A stretch of 64,000 nucleotides of DNA from Eledone cirrhosa (lineage: Eukaryota), in NCBI GenBank assembly GCA_964016885.1, contig OZ024743.1, positions 5,952,001 through 6,016,000 of the forward strand. Direction: 5' to 3'. Every line of letters begins with the position of its first letter. The stretch's first letter is position 1. Made by a program: the position numbers and the translations under genes. Below, in pieces: positions 1 to 18,000 of this stretch. The notes beneath the pieces were generated by a model that ran no database searches, was not told the origin of the DNA, and was given only the letters and a program-made list of their open reading frames with translations.

Positions 1-3000
1 TATCCCTCACCATATAAACTGTATCCCCCACCATATAAACTATATCCCCCACCATATAAACTGTATCCCCCACCATACAAACTATATCCCCCCACCATAC
101 TAACTGTATCCCCCACCATATAAACTGTATCCCCCACCATACTAACTGTATCCCCCCACCATACTAACTGTATCCCCCCACCATACTAACTGTATCCCCC
201 ACCATACTAACTGTATCCCCCACCATATAAACTGTATCCCCCACCATACAAACTATATCCCCCCACCATACTAACTGTATCCCCCACCATATAAACTGTA
301 TCCCCCACCATACTAACTGTATCCCCCACCATATAAACTGTATCCCCCACCATACAAACTATATCCCCCCACCATACTAACTGTATCCCCCACCATATAA
401 ACTGTATCCCCCACCATACTAACTGTATCCCCCCACCATACTAACTGTATCCCCCCACCATACTAACTGTATCCCCCCACCATACTAACTGTATCCCCCA
501 CCATACTAACTGTATCCCCCACCATATAAACTATATCCCCCACCATATAAACTGTATCCCCCACCATACAAACTATATCCCCCCACCATACTAACTGTAT
601 CCCCCACCATATAAACTGTATCCCCCACCATACAAACTATATCCCCCCACCATACTAAATGTATCCCCCACCATACTAACTGTATCCCCCACCATATAAA
701 CTGTATCCCCACCATATAAACTATATCCCCCCACCATACTAACTGTATCCCCCACCATACTAACTGTATCCCCCCACCATACTAACTGTATCCCCCACCA
801 TACTAACTGTATCCCCCACCATACTAACTGTATCCCCCACCATATAAACTGTATCCCCACCATATAAACTGTATCCCCCTCCATACTAACTGTATCCCCC
901 ACCATACTAACTGTATCCCCCACCATACTAACTGTATCCCCCACCATATAAACTGTATCCCCCACCATACTAACTGTATCCCCCACCATACTAACTGTAT
1001 CCCCCACCATACTAACTGTATCCCCCCACCATACTAACTGTATCCCCCACCATACTAACTGTATCCCCCACCATACTAACTGTATCCCCCACCATACTAA
1101 CTGTATCCCCCACCATACTAACTGTATCCCCCCACCATACAAACTATATCCACCCACCATACTAACTGTATCCCCCACTATACTAACTGTATCCCCCACC
1201 ATACAAACTGTATCCCCCACCATATAAACTGTATCCCCACCATATAAACTATATCCCCCCACCATACTAACTGTATCCCCCACCATACTAACTGTATCCC
1301 CAACCATACTAACTGTATCCCCCACCATATAAACTGTATCCCCACCATACTAACTGTATCCCCCACCATACTAACTGTATCCCCACCATATAAACTGTAT
1401 CCCCCACCATATAAACTGTATCCCCCACCATACTAACTGTATCCCCCACCATACTAACTGTATCCCCCACCATACTAACTGTATCCCCCACCAGACTAAC
1501 TGTATCCCCCACCATACTAACTGTATCCCCCACCATACTAACTGTATCCCTCACCATACTAACTGTATCCCCACCATATAAACTATATCCCCCACCATAT
1601 AAACTGTATCCCCCACCATATAAACTGTATCCCCCACCATACTAACTGTATCCCCCACCATACTAACTGTATCCCCCACCATATAAACTGTATCCCCCAC
1701 CATACTAACTGTATCCCCCACCATACTAACTGTATCCCCCACCATATAAACTGTATCCCCCACCATACTAACTGTATACCCCACCATATAAACTGTATCC
1801 CCCACCATACTAACTGTATCCCCCACCATACTAACTGTATCCCCCACCATATAAACTGTATCCCCCACCATATAAACTGTATCCCCCACCATACTAACTG
1901 TATCCCCCACCATACTAACTGTATCCCCCACCATATAAACTGTATCCCCCACCATACTAACTGTATCCCCCACCATACTAACTGTATCCCCCACCATATA
2001 AACTGTATCCCCCACCATACTAACTGTATACCCCACCATATAAACTGTATCCCCCACCATACTAACTGTATCCCCCACCATACTAACTGTATCCCCCACC
2101 ATATAAACTGTATCCCCCACCATATAAACTGTATCCCCCACCATACTAACTGTATCCCCCACCATACTAACTGTATCCCCCACCATATAAACTGTATCCC
2201 CCACCATACTAACTGTATCCCTCACCATACTAACTGTATCCCCCACCATATAAACTGTATCCCCCACCATACTAACTGTATCCACCACCATAAAAATTGT
2301 ATCCCCCACCATACTAACTGTATCTCCCACCATACTAACTGTATCCCCCACCATATAAACTGTATCCCCCACCATACTAACTGTATCCCCCACCATATGA
2401 ACTGTATCCCCAACCATACTAACTGTATCCCCCACCATATAAACTGTATCCCCCACCATACTAACTGTATCCCCCACCATACTAACTGTATCCCCCACCA
2501 TATAAACTGTATCCCCCACCATACTAACTGTATCCCCCACCATATAAACTGTATCCCCCACCATACAAACTATATCCCCCACCATATAAACTGTATCCCC
2601 ACCATATAAACTGTATCCCCCACCATACTAACTGTATCCCCCACCATATAAACTGTATCCCCCACCATATAAACTGTATCCCCCACCATATAAACTGTAT
2701 CCCCCACCATACTAACTGTATCCCCCACCATACTAACTGTATCCCCCACCATATAAACTGTATCCCCCACCATATAAACTGTATCCCCCACCATATAAAC
2801 TGTATCCCCCACCATACTAACTGTATCCCCCACCATACTAACTGTATCCCCCACCATACTAACTGTATCCCCCACCATATAAACTGTATCCCCCACCATA
2901 TAAACTGTATCCCCCACCATACTAACTGTATCCCCCACCATACTAACTGTATCCCCCACTATATAAACTGTATCCCCCACCATATAAACTGTATCCCCCA

Positions 3001-6000
3001 CCATACTAACTGTATCCCCCACCATACTAACTGTATCCCCCACCATATAAACTGTATCCCCCACCATATAAACGGTATCCCCCACCATACTAACTGTATC
3101 CCCCACCATACTAACTGTATCCCCCACCATATAAACTGTATCCCCCACCATATAAACTGTATCCCCCACCATATAAACTGTATCCCCCACCATACTAACT
3201 GTATCCCCCACCATACTAACTGTATCCCCCACCATATAAACTGTATCCCCCACCATATAAACTGTATCCCCACCATACTAACTGTATCCCCCACCATACT
3301 AACTGTATCCCCCACCATATAAACTGTATCCCCCACCATACTAACTGTATCCCCCACCATACTAACTGTATCCCCCACCATACTAACTGTATCCCCCACC
3401 ATACTAACTGTATCCCCCACCATATAAACTGTATCCCCCACCATACAAACTATATCCCCCCACCATACTAACTGTATCCCCCACCATATAAACTGTATCC
3501 CCCACCATACTAACTGTATCCCCCCACCATACTAACTGTATCCCCCCACCATACTAACTGTATCCCCCCACCATACTAACTGTATCCCCCACCATACTAA
3601 CTGTATCCCCCACCATATAAACTATATCCCCCACCATATAAACTGTATCCCCCACCATACAAACTATATCCCCCCACCATACTAACTGTATCCCCCACCA
3701 TATAAACTGTATCCCCCACCATACTAACTGTATCCCCCCACCATACTAACTGTATCCCCCACCATATAAACTGTATCCCCCACCATACAAACTATATCCC
3801 CCCACCATACTAAATGTATCCCCCACCATACTAACTGTATCCCCCACCATATAAACTGTATCCCCACCATATAAACTATATCCCCCCACCATACTAACTG
3901 TATCCCCCACCATACTAACTGTATCCCCCCACCATACTAACTGTATCCCCCACCATACTAACTGTATCCCCCACCATACTAACTGTATCCCCCACCATAT
4001 AAACTGTATCCCCACCATATAAACTGTATCCCCCTCCATACTAACTGTATCCCCCACCATACTAACTGTATCCCCCACCATACTAACTGTATCCCCCACC
4101 ATACTAACTGTATCCCCCCACCATACTAACTGTATCCCCCACCATACTAACTGTATCCCCCACCATACTAACTGTATCCCCCACCATACTAACTGTATCC
4201 CCCACCATACTAACTGTATCCCCCCACCATACAAACTATATCCCCCCACCATACTAACTGTATCCACCACCATACTAACTGTATCCCCCACCATACAAAC
4301 TGTATCCCCCACCATATAAACTGTATCCCCACCATATAAACTATATCCCCCCACCATACTAACTGTATCCCCCACCATACTAACTGTATCCCCCACCATA
4401 CTAACTGTATCCCCCACCATATAAACTGTATCCCCACCATACTAACTGTATCCCCCACCATACTAACTGTATCCCCACCATATAAACTGTATCCCCCACC
4501 ATATAAACTGTATCCCCCACCATACTAACTGTATCCCCCACCATACTAACTGTATCCCCCACCATACTAACTGTATCCCCCACCAGACTAACTGTATCCC
4601 CCACCATACTAACTGTATCCCTCACCATACTAACTGTATCCCCACCATATAAACTATATCCCCCACCATATAAACTGTATCCCCCACCATATAAACTGTA
4701 TCCCCCACCATACTAACTGTATCCCCCACCATACTAACTGTATCCCCCACCATATAAACTGTATCCCCCACCATACTAACTGTATCCCCCACCATATAAA
4801 CTGTATCCCCCACCATACTAACTGTATCCCCCACCATATAAACTGTATCTCCCACCATACTAACTGTATCCCCCACCATACTAACTGTATCCCCCACCAT
4901 ATAAACTGTATCCCCCACCATACTAACTGTATCCCCCACCATACTAACTGTATCCGCCACCATACTAACTGTATCCCCCACCATACTAACTGTATCCCCC
5001 ACCATATAAACTGTATCCCCCACCATACTAACTGTATCCCCCACCATACTAACTGTATCCCCCACCATATAAACTGTATCCCCCACCATACTAACTGTAT
5101 ACCCCACCATATAAACTGTATCCCCCACCATACTAACTGTATCCCCCACCATACTAACTGTATCCCCCACCATATAAACTGTATCCCCCACCATATAAAC
5201 TGTATCCCCCACCATACTAACTGTATCCCCCACCATACTAACTGTATCCCCCACCATATAAACTGTATCCCCCACCATACTAACTGTATCCCCCACCATA
5301 CTAACTGTATCCCTCACCATACTAACTGTATCCCCCACCATATAAACTGTATCCCCCACCATACTAACTGTATCCCCCACCATATAAACTGTATCCCCCA
5401 CCATACTAACTGTATCCCCCACCATATAAACTGTATCCCCCACCATACTAACTGTATCTCCCACCATACTAACTGTATCCCCCACCATATAAACTGTATC
5501 CCCCACCATACTAACTGTATCCCCCACCATATGAACTGTATCCCCCACCATACTAACTGTATCCCCCACCATATAAACTGTATCCCCCACCATACTAACT
5601 GTATCCCCCACCATACTAACTGTATCCCCCACCATATAAACTGTATCCCCCACCATACTAACTGTATCCCCCACCATATAAACTGTATCCCCCACCATAC
5701 AAACTATATCCCCCACCATATAAACTGTATCCCCACCATATAAACTGTATCCCCCACCATACTAACTGTATCCCCCACCATATAAACTGTATCCCCCACC
5801 ATATAAACTGTATCCCCCACCATACTAACTGTATCCCCCACCATACTAACTGTATCCCCCACCATATAAACTGTATCCCCCACCATATAAACTGTATCCC
5901 CCACCATATAAACTGTATCCCCCACCATACTAACTGTATCCCCCACCATACTAACTGTATCCCCCACCATACTAACTGTATCCCCCACCATATAAACTGT

Positions 6001-9000
6001 ATCCCCCACCATATAAACTGTATCCCCCACCATACTAACTGTATCCCCCACCATACTAACTGTATCCCCCACCATATAAACTGTATCCCCCACCATACTA
6101 ACTGTATCCCCCACCATACTAACTGTATCCCCCACCATATAAACTGTATCCCCCACCATACTAACTGTATCCCCCACCATACTAACTGTATCCCCCACCA
6201 TACTAACTGTATCCCTCACCATACTAACTGTATCCCCCACCATATAAACTGTATCCCCCACCATACTAACTGTATCCCCCACCATACTAACTGTATCCCC
6301 CACCATACTAACTGTATCCCCCACCATATAAACTGTATCCCCCACCATATAAACTGTATCCCCACCATACTAACTGTATCCCCCACCATACTAACTGTAT
6401 CCCCCACCATATAAACTGTATCCCCCACCATATAAACTGTATCCCCCACCATACTAACTGTATCCCCCACCATACTAACTGTATCCCCCACCATACTAAC
6501 TGTATCCCCCACCATATAAATTGTATCCCCCACCATATAAACTATATCCCTCACCATACTAACTGTATCCCCCACCATACTAACTGTATCCCCCACCATA
6601 CTAACTGTATCCCTCACCATACTAACTGTATCCCCCACCATATAAACTGTATCCCCCACCATACTAACTGTATCCCCCACCATATAAACTGTATCCCTCA
6701 CCATACTAACTGTATCCCCCACCATATAAACTGTATCCCCCACCATATAAACTGTATCCCCCACCATACTAACTGTATCCCCCACCATACTAACTGTATC
6801 CCCCACTATATAAACTGTATCCCCCACCATATAAACTGTATCCCCCACCATACTAACTGTATCCCCCACCATACTAACTGTATCCCCCACCATATAAACT
6901 GTATCCCCCACCATATAAACGGTATCCCCCACCATACTAACTGTATCCCCCACCATACTAACTGTATCCCCCACCATATAAACTGTATCCCCCACCATAT
7001 AAACTGTATCCCCCACCATATAAACTGTATCCCCCACCATACTAACTGTATCCCCCACCATACTAACTGTATCCCCCACCATATAAACTGTATCCCCCAC
7101 CATATAAACTGTATCCCCACCATACTAACTGTATCCCCCACCATACTAACTGTTTCCCCCACCATATAAACTGTATCCCCCACCATATAAACTGTATCCC
7201 CCACCATACTAACTGTATCCCCCACCATACTAACTGTATCCCCCACCATACTAACTGTATCCCCCACCATATAAATTGTATCCCCCACCATATAAACTAT
7301 ATCCCTCACCATACTAACTGTATCCCCCACCATACTAACTGTATCCCCCACCATACTAACTGTATCCCTCACCATACTAACTGTATCCCCCACCATATAA
7401 ACTGTATCCCCCACCATATAAACTGTATCCCCCACCATATAAACTGTATCCCCCACCATACTAACTGTATCCCCCACCATACTAACTGTATCCCCCACCA
7501 TACTAACTGTATCCCCCACCATACTAACTGTATCCCCCACCATATAAACTGTATCCCCCACCATATAAACTGTATCCCCCACCATACTAACTGTATCCCC
7601 CACCATATAAACTGTATCCCCCACCATACTAACTGTATCCCCCACCATACTAACTGTATCCCCCACCATATAAACTGTATCCCCCACCATATAAACGGTA
7701 TCCCCCACCATACTAACTGTATCCCCCACCATACTAACTGTATCCCCCACCATATAAACTGTATCCCCCACCATATAAACTGTATCCCTCACCATACTAA
7801 CTGTATCCCCCACCATACTAACTGTATCCCTCACCATACTAACTGTATCCCCCACCATATAAACTGTATCCCCCACCATACTAACTGTATCCCCCACCAT
7901 ATAAACTGTATCCCCCACCATACTAACTGTATCCCTCACCATACTAACTGTATCCCCCACCATATAAACTGTATCCCCCACCATACTAACTGTATCCCCC
8001 ACCATATAAACTGTATCCCCCACCATACTAACTGTATCCCCCACCATATAAACTGTATCCCTCACCATACTAACTGTATCCCCCACCATACTAACTGTAT
8101 CCCCCACCATACTAACTGTATCCCTCACCATACTAACTGTATCCCCCACCATACTAACTGTATCCCCCACCATACTAACTGTATCCCCCACCATATAAAC
8201 TGTATCCCCCACCATACTAACTGTATCCCTCACCATACTAACTGTATCCCCCACCATATAAACTGTATCCCCCACCATACAAACTATATCCCCCACCATA
8301 TAAACTGTATCCCCCACCATATAAACTGTATCCCCCACCATACTAACTGTATCCCCCACCATATAAACTGTATCCCCCACCATACTAACTGTATCCCCCA
8401 CCATATAAACTGTATCCCTCACCATACTAACTGTATCCCCCACCATACTAACTGTATCCCCCACCATACTAACTGTATCCCCCACCATATAAACTGTATC
8501 CCCCACCATATAAACTGTATCCCCCACCATACTAACTGTATCCCCCACCATATAAACTGTATCCCTCACCATACTAACTGTATCCCCCACCATATAAACT
8601 GTATCCCCCACCATACAAACTATATCCCCCACCATATAAACTGTATCCCCCACCATATAAACTGTATCCCCCACCATATAAACTGTATCCCCCACCATAT
8701 AAACTGTATCCCCCACCATACTAACTGTATCCCCCACCATACTAACTGTATCCCCCACCATATAAACTGTATCCCCCACCATACTAAATGTATCCCCCAC
8801 CATACTAACTGTATCCCCCACCATATAAACTGTATCCTCCACCATATAAACTGTATCCCCCACCATACTAACTGTATCCCCCACCATACTAACTGTATCC
8901 CCCACCATACTAACTGTATCCCCCACCATACTAACTGTATCCCCCACCATACTAACTGTATCCCCACCATATAAACTATATCCCCCCACCATACTAACTG

Positions 9001-12000
9001 TATCCCCCACCATACTAACTGTATCCCCCACCATACTAACTGTATCCCCCACCATACAAACTATATCCCCCACCATACTAACTGTATCCCCCACCATATA
9101 AACTGTATCCCCCACCATACTAACTGTATCCCCCACCATATAAACTGTATCCCCACCATATAATCTGTATCCCCCACCATACTAACTGTATCCCCCCACC
9201 ATACTAACTGTATCCCCCACCATACAAACTATATCCCCCCACCATACTAACTGTATCCCCCACCATACTAACTGTATCCCCCACCATATAAACTGTATCC
9301 CCCATCATACAAACTATATCCCCCCCACCATACTAACTGTATCCCCCACCATACTAACTGTATCCCCCACCATATAAACTATATCCCCCCACCATACTAA
9401 CTGTATCCCCCACCATACTAACTGTATCCCCCACCATACTAACTGTATCCCCCACCATACTAACTGTATCCCCCACCATATAAACTATATCCCCCCACCA
9501 TACTAACTGTATCCCCCACCATACTAACTGTATCCCCCACCATACTAACTGTATCCCCCACCATACAAACTATATCCCCCCACCATACTAACTGTATCCC
9601 CCACCATATAAACTGTATCCCCCACCATACTAACTGTATCCCCCACCATATAAACTGTATCCCCACCATATAAACTGTATCCCCCACCATACTAACTGTA
9701 TCCCCCACCATACTAACTGTATCCCCCACCAGACTAACTGTATCCCCCACCATACTAACTGTATCCCCCACCATACTAACTGTATCCCTCACCATACTAA
9801 CTGTATCCCCACCATATAAACTATATCCCCCACCATATAAACTGTATCCCCCACCATATAAACTGTATCCCCCACCATATTAACTGTATCCCCCACCATA
9901 CTAACTGTATCCCCCACCATATAAACTGTATCCCCCACCATACTAACTGTATCCCCCACCATATAAACTGTATCCCCCACCATACTAACTGTATCCCCCA
10001 CCATATAAACTGTATCTCCCACCATACTAACTGTATCCCCCACCATACTAACTGTATCCCCCACCATATAAACTGTATCCCCCACCATACTAACTGTATC
10101 CCCCACCATACTAACTGTATCCCCCACCATACTAACTGTATCCCCCACCATACTAACTGTATCCCCCACCATATAAACTGTATCCCCCACCATACTAACT
10201 GTATCCCCCACCATACTAACTGTATCCCCCACCATATAAACTGTATCCCCCACCATACTAACTGTATACCCCACCATATAAACTGTATCCCCCACCATAC
10301 TAACTGTATCCCCCACCATACTAACTGTATCCCCCACCATATAAACTGTATCCCCCACCATACTAACTGTATCCCCCACCATACTAACTGTATCCCCCAC
10401 CATATAAACTGTATCCCCCACCATACTAACTGTATCCCCCACCATACTAACTGTATCCCCCACCATACTAACTGTATCCCTCACCATACTAACTGTATCC
10501 CCCACCATATAAACTGTATCCCCCACCATACTAACTGTATCCCCCACCATACTAACTGTATCCCCCACCATACTAACTGTATCCCCCACCATATAAACTG
10601 TATCCCCCACCATGTAAACTGTATCCCCACCATACTAACTGTATCCCCCACCATACTAACTGTATCCCCCACCATATAAACTGTATCCCCCACCATATAA
10701 ACTGTATCCCCCACCATACTAACTGTATCCCCCACCATACTAACTGTATCCCCCACCATACTAACTGTATCCCCCACCATATAAATTGTATCCCCCACCA
10801 TATAAACTATATCCCTCACCATACTAACTGTATCCCCCACCATACTAACTGTATCCCCCACCATACTAACTGTATCCCTCACCATACTAACTGTATCCCC
10901 CACCATATAAACTGTATCCCCCACCATACTAACTGTATCCCCCACCATATAAACTGTATCCCTCACCATACTAACTGTATCCCCCACCATATAAACTGTA
11001 TCCCCCACCATATAAACTGTATCCCCCACCATACTAACTGTATCCCCCACCATACTAACTGTATCCCCCACTATATAAACTGTATCCCCCACCATATAAA
11101 CTGTATCCCCCACCATACTAACTGTATCCCCCACCATACTAACTGTATCCCCCACCATATAAACTGTATCCCCCAACATATAAACGGTATCCCCCACCAT
11201 ACTAACTGTATCCCCCACCATACTAACTGTATTCCCCACCATATAAACTGTATCCCCCACCATATAAACTGTATCCCCCACCATATAAACTGTATCCCCC
11301 ACCATACTAACTGTATCCCCCACCATACTAACTGTATCCCCCACCATATAAACTGTATCCCCCACCATATAAACTGTATCCCCACCATACTAACTGTATC
11401 CCCCACCATACTAACTGTATCCCCCACCATATAAACTGTATCCCCCACCATATAAACTGTATCCCCCACCATACTAACTATATCCCCCACCATACTAACT
11501 GTATCCCCCACCATACTAACTGTATCCCCCACCATATAAACTGTATCCCCCACCATACAAACTATATCCCCCCACCATACTAACTGTATCCCCCACCATA
11601 TAAACTGTATCCCCCACCATACTAACTGTATCCCCCCACCATACTAACTGTATCCCCCCACCATACTAACTGTATCCCCCCACCATACTAACTGTATCCC
11701 CCACCATACTAACTGTATCCCCCACCATATAAACTATATCCCCCACCATATAAACTGTATCCCCCACCATACAAACTATATCCCCCCACCATACTAACTG
11801 TATCCCCCACCATATAAACTGTATCCCCCACCATACTAACTGTATCCCCCCACCATACTAACTGTATCCCCCACCATATAAACTGTATCCCCCACCATAC
11901 AAACTATATCCCCCCACCATACTAAATGTATCCCCCACCATACTAACTGTATCCCCCACCATATAAACTGTATCCCCACCATATAAACTATATCCCCCCA

Positions 12001-15000
12001 CCATACTAACTGTATCCCCCACCATACTAACTGTATCCCCCCACCATACTAACTGTATCCCCCACCATACTAACTGTATCCCCCACCATACTAACTGTAT
12101 CCCCCACCATATAAACTGTATCCCCACCATATAAACTGTATCCCCCTCCATACTAACTGTATCCCCCACCATACTAACTGTATCCCCCACCATACTAACT
12201 GTATCCCCCACCATACTAACTGTATCCCCCCACCATACTAACTGTATCCCCCACCATACTAACTGTATCCCCCACCATACTAACTGTATCCCCCACCATA
12301 CTAACTGTATCCCCCACCATACTAACTGTATCCCCCCACCATACAAACTATATCCCCCCACCATACTAACTGTATCCCCCACCATACTAACTGTATCCCC
12401 CACCATACAAACTGTATCCCCCACCATATAAACTGTATCCCCACCATATAAACTATATCCCCCCACCATACTAACTGTATCCCCCACCATACTAACTGTA
12501 TCCCCCACCATACTAACTGTATCCCCCACCATATAAACTGTATCCCCACCATACTAACTGTATCCCCCACCATACTAACTGTATCCCCACCATATAAACT
12601 GTATCCCCCACCATATAAACTGTATCCCCCACCATACTAACTGTATCCCCCACCATACTAACTGTATCCCCCACCATACTAACTGTATCCCCCACCAGAC
12701 TAACTGTATCCCCCACCATACTAACTGTATCCCTCACCATACTAACTGTATCCCCACCATATAAACTATATCCCCCACCATATAAACTGTATCCCCCACC
12801 ATATAAACTGTATCCCCCACCATACTAACTGTATCCCCCACCATACTAACTGTATCCCCCACCATATAAACTGTATCCCCCACCATACTAACTGTATCCC
12901 CCACCATATAAACTGTATCCCCCACCATACTAACTGTATCCCCCACCATATAAACTGTATCTCCCACCATACTAACTGTATCCCCCACCATACTAACTGT
13001 ATCCCCCACCATATAAACTGTATCCCCCACCATACTAACTGTATCCCCCACCATACTAACTGTATCCGCCACCATACTAACTGTATCCCCCACCATACTA
13101 ACTGTATCCCCCACCATATAAACTGTATCCCCCACCATACTAACTGTATCCCCCACCATACTAACTGTATCCCCCACCATATAAACTGTATCCCCCACCA
13201 TACTAACTGTATACCCCACCATATAAACTGTATCCCCCACCATACTAACTGTATCCCCCACCATACTAACTGTATCCCCCACCATATAAACTGTATCCCC
13301 CACCATATAAACTGTATCCCCCACCATACTAACTGTATCCCCCACCATACTAACTGTATCCCCCACCATATAAACTGTATCCCCCACCATACTAACTGTA
13401 TCCCCCACCATACTAACTGTATCCCTCACCATACTAACTGTATCCCCCACCATATAAACTGTATCCCCCACCATACTAACTGTATCCCCCACCATATAAA
13501 CTGTATCCCCCACCATACTAACTGTATCCCCCACCATATAAACTGTATCCCCCACCATACTAACTGTATCTCCCACCATACTAACTGTATCCCCCACCAT
13601 ATAAACTGTATCCCCCACCATACTAACTGTATCCCCCACCATATGAACTGTATCCCCCACCATACTAACTGTATCCCCCACCATATAAACTGTATCCCCC
13701 ACCATACTAACTGTATCCCCCACCATACTAACTGTATCCCCCACCATATAAACTGTATCCCCCACCATACTAACTGTATCCCCCACCATATAAACTGTAT
13801 CCCCCACCATACAAACTATATCCCCCACCATATAAACTGTATCCCCACCATATAAACTGTATCCCCCACCATACTAACTGTATCCCCCACCATATAAACT
13901 GTATCCCCCACCATATAAACTGTATCCCCCACCATACTAACTGTATCCCCCACCATACTAACTGTATCCCCCACCATATAAACTGTATCCCCCACCATAT
14001 AAACTGTATCCCCCACCATATAAACTGTATCCCCCACCATACTAACTGTATCCCCCACCATACTAACTGTATCCCCCACCATACAAACTGTATCCCCCAC
14101 CATATAAACTGTATCCCCCACCATATAAACTGTATCCCCCACCATACTAACTGTATCCCCCACCATACTAACTGTATCCCCCACCATATAAACTGTATCC
14201 CCCACCATACTAACTGTATCCCCCACCATACTAACTGTATCCCCCACCATATAAACTGTATCCCCCACCATACTAACTGTATCCCCCACCATACTAACTG
14301 TATCCCCCACCATACTAACTGTATCCCTCACCATACTAACTGTATCCCCCACCATATAAACTGTATCCCCCACCATACTAACTGTATCCCCCACCATACT
14401 AACTGTATCCCCCACCATACTAACTGTATCCCCCACCATATAAACTGTATCCCCCACCATATAAACTGTATCCCCACCATACTAACTGTATCCCCCACCA
14501 TACTAACTGTATCCCCCACCATATAAACTGTATCCCCCACCATATAAACTGTATCCCCCACCATACTAACTGTATCCCCCACCATACTAACTGTATCCCC
14601 CACCATACTAACTGTATCCCCCACCATATAAATTGTATCCCCCACCATATAAACTATATCCCTCACCATACTAACTGTATCCCCCACCATACTAACTGTA
14701 TCCCCCACCATACTAACTGTATCCCTCACCATACTAACTGTATCCCCCACCATATAAACTGTATCCCCCACCATACTAACTGTATCCCCCACCATATAAA
14801 CTGTATCCCTCACCATACTAACTGTATCCCCCACCATATAAACTGTATCCCCCACCATATAAACTGTATCCCCCACCATACTAACTGTATCCCCCACCAT
14901 ACTAACTGTATCCCCCACTATATAAACTGTATCCCCCACCATATAAACTGTATCCCCCACCATACTAACTGTATCCCCCACCATACTAACTGTATCCCCC

Positions 15001-18000
15001 ACCATATAAACTGTATCCCCCACCATATAAACGGTATCCCCCACCATACTAACTGTATCCCCCACCATACTAACTGTATCCCCCACCATATAAACTGTAT
15101 CCCCCACCATATAAACTGTATCCCCCACCATATAAACTGTATCCCCCACCATACTAACTGTATCCCCCACCATACTAACTGTATCCCCCACCATATAAAC
15201 TGTATCCCCCACCATATAAACTGTATCCCCACCATACTAACTGTATCCCCCACCATACTAACTGTATCCCCCACCATATAAACTGTATCCCCCACCATAT
15301 AAACTGTATCCCCCACCATACTAACTGTATCCCCCACCATACTAACTGTATCCCCCACCATACTAACTGTATCCCCCACCATATAAATTGTATCCCCCAC
15401 CATATAAACTATATCCCTCACCATACTAACTGTATCCCCCACCATACTAACTGTATCCCCCACCATACTAACTGTATCCCTCACCATACTAACTGTATCC
15501 CCCACCATATAAACTGTATCCCCCACCATATAAACTGTATCCCCCACCATATAAACTGTATCCCCCACCATACTAACTGTATCCCCCACCATACTAACTG
15601 TATCCCCCACCATACTAACTGTATCCCCCACCATACTAACTGTATCCCCCACCATATAAACTGTATCCCCCACCATACTAACTGTATCCCCCACCATATA
15701 AACTGTATCCCCACCATATAAACTGTATCCCCCACCATACTAACTGTATCCCCCACCATACTAACTGTATCCCCCACCATATAAACTGTATCCCCCACCA
15801 TATAAACGGTATCCCCCACCATACTAACTGTATCCCCCACCATACTAACTGTATCCCCCACCATATAAACTGTATCCCCCACCATATAAACTGTATCCCT
15901 CACCATACTAACTGTATCCCCCACCATACTAACTGTATCCCTCACCATACTAACTGTATCCCCCACCATATAAACTGTATCCCCCACCATACTAACTGTA
16001 TCCCCCACCATATAAACTGTATCCCCCACCATACTAACTGTATCCCTCACCATACTAACTGTATCCCCCACCATATAAACTGTATCCCCCACCATACTAA
16101 CTGTATCCCCCACCATATAAACTGTATCCCCCACCATACTAACTGTATCCCCCACCATATAAACTGTATCCCTCACCATACTAACTGTATCCCCCACCAT
16201 ACTAACTGTATCCCCCACCATACTAACTGTATCCCTCACCATACTAACTGTATCCCCCACCATACTAACTGTATCCCCCACCATACTAACTGTATCCCCC
16301 ACCATATAAACTGTATCCCCCACCATACTAACTGTATCCCTCACCATACTAACTGTATCCCCCACCATATAAACTGTATCCCCCACCATACAAACTATAT
16401 CCCCCACCATATAAACTGTATCCCCCACCATATAAACTGTATCCCCCACCATACTAACTGTATCCCCCACCATATAAACTGTATCCCCCACCATACTAAC
16501 TGTATCCCCCACCATATAAACTGTATCCCTCACCATACTAACTGTATCCCCCACCATACTAACTGTATCCCCCACCATACTAACTGTATCCCCCACCATA
16601 TAAACTGTATCCCCCACCATATAAACTGTATCCCCCACCATACTAACTGTATCCCCCACCATATAAACTGTATCCCTCACCATACTAACTGTATCCCCCA
16701 CCATATAAACTGTATCCCCCACCATACAAACTATATCCCCCACCATATAAACTGTATCCCCCACCATATAAACTGTATCCCCCACCATATAAACTGTATC
16801 CCCCACCATATAAACTGTATCCCCCACCATACTAACTGTATCCCCCACCATACTAACTGTATCCCCCACCATATAAACTGTATCCCCCACCATACTAAAT
16901 GTATCCCCCACCATACTAACTGTATCCCCCACCATATAAACTGTATCCTCCACCATATAAACTGTATCCCCCACCATACTAACTGTATCCCCCACCATAC
17001 TAACTGTATCCCCCACCATACTAACTGTATCCCCCACCATACTAACTGTATCCCCCACCATGCTAACTGTATCCCCACCATATAAACTATATCCCCCCAC
17101 CATACTAACTGTATCCCCCACCATACTAACTGTATCCCCCACCATACTAACTGTATCCCCCACCATACAAACTATATCCCCCACCATACTAACTGTATCC
17201 CCCACCATATAAACTGTATCCCCCACCATACTAACTGTATCCCCCACCATATAAACTGTATCCCCACCATATAAACTGTATCCCCCACCATACTAACTGT
17301 ATCCCCCCACCATACTAACTGTATCCCCCACCATACAAACTATATCCCCCCACCATACTAACTGTATCCCCCACCATACTAACTGTATCCCCCACCATAT
17401 AAACTGTATCCCCCACCATACAAACTATATCCCCCCACCATACTAACTGTATCCCCCACCATACTAACTGTATCCCCCACCATACAAACTATATCCCCCA
17501 CCATATAAACTATATCCCCCCACCATACTAACTGTATCCCCCACCATACTAACTGTATCCCCCACCATACTAACTGTATCCCCCACCATACTAACTGTAT
17601 CCCCCACCATATAAACTATATCCCCCCACCATACTAACTGTATCCCCCACCATACTAACTGTATCCCCCACCATACTAACTGTATCCCCCACCATACAAA
17701 CTATATCCCCCCACCATACTAACTGTATCCCCCACCATATAAACTGTATCCCCCACCATACTAACTGTATCCCCCACCATATAAACTGTATCCCCACCAT
17801 ATAAACTGTATCCCCCACCATACTAACTGTATCCCCCACCATACTAACTGTATCCCCCACCATACTAACTGTATCCCCCACCATACTAACTGTATCCCCA
17901 CCATATAAACTGTATCCCCCACCATATAAACTGTATCCCCCACCATATAAACTGTATCCCCCACCATACTAACTGTATCCCCCACCATACTAACTGTATC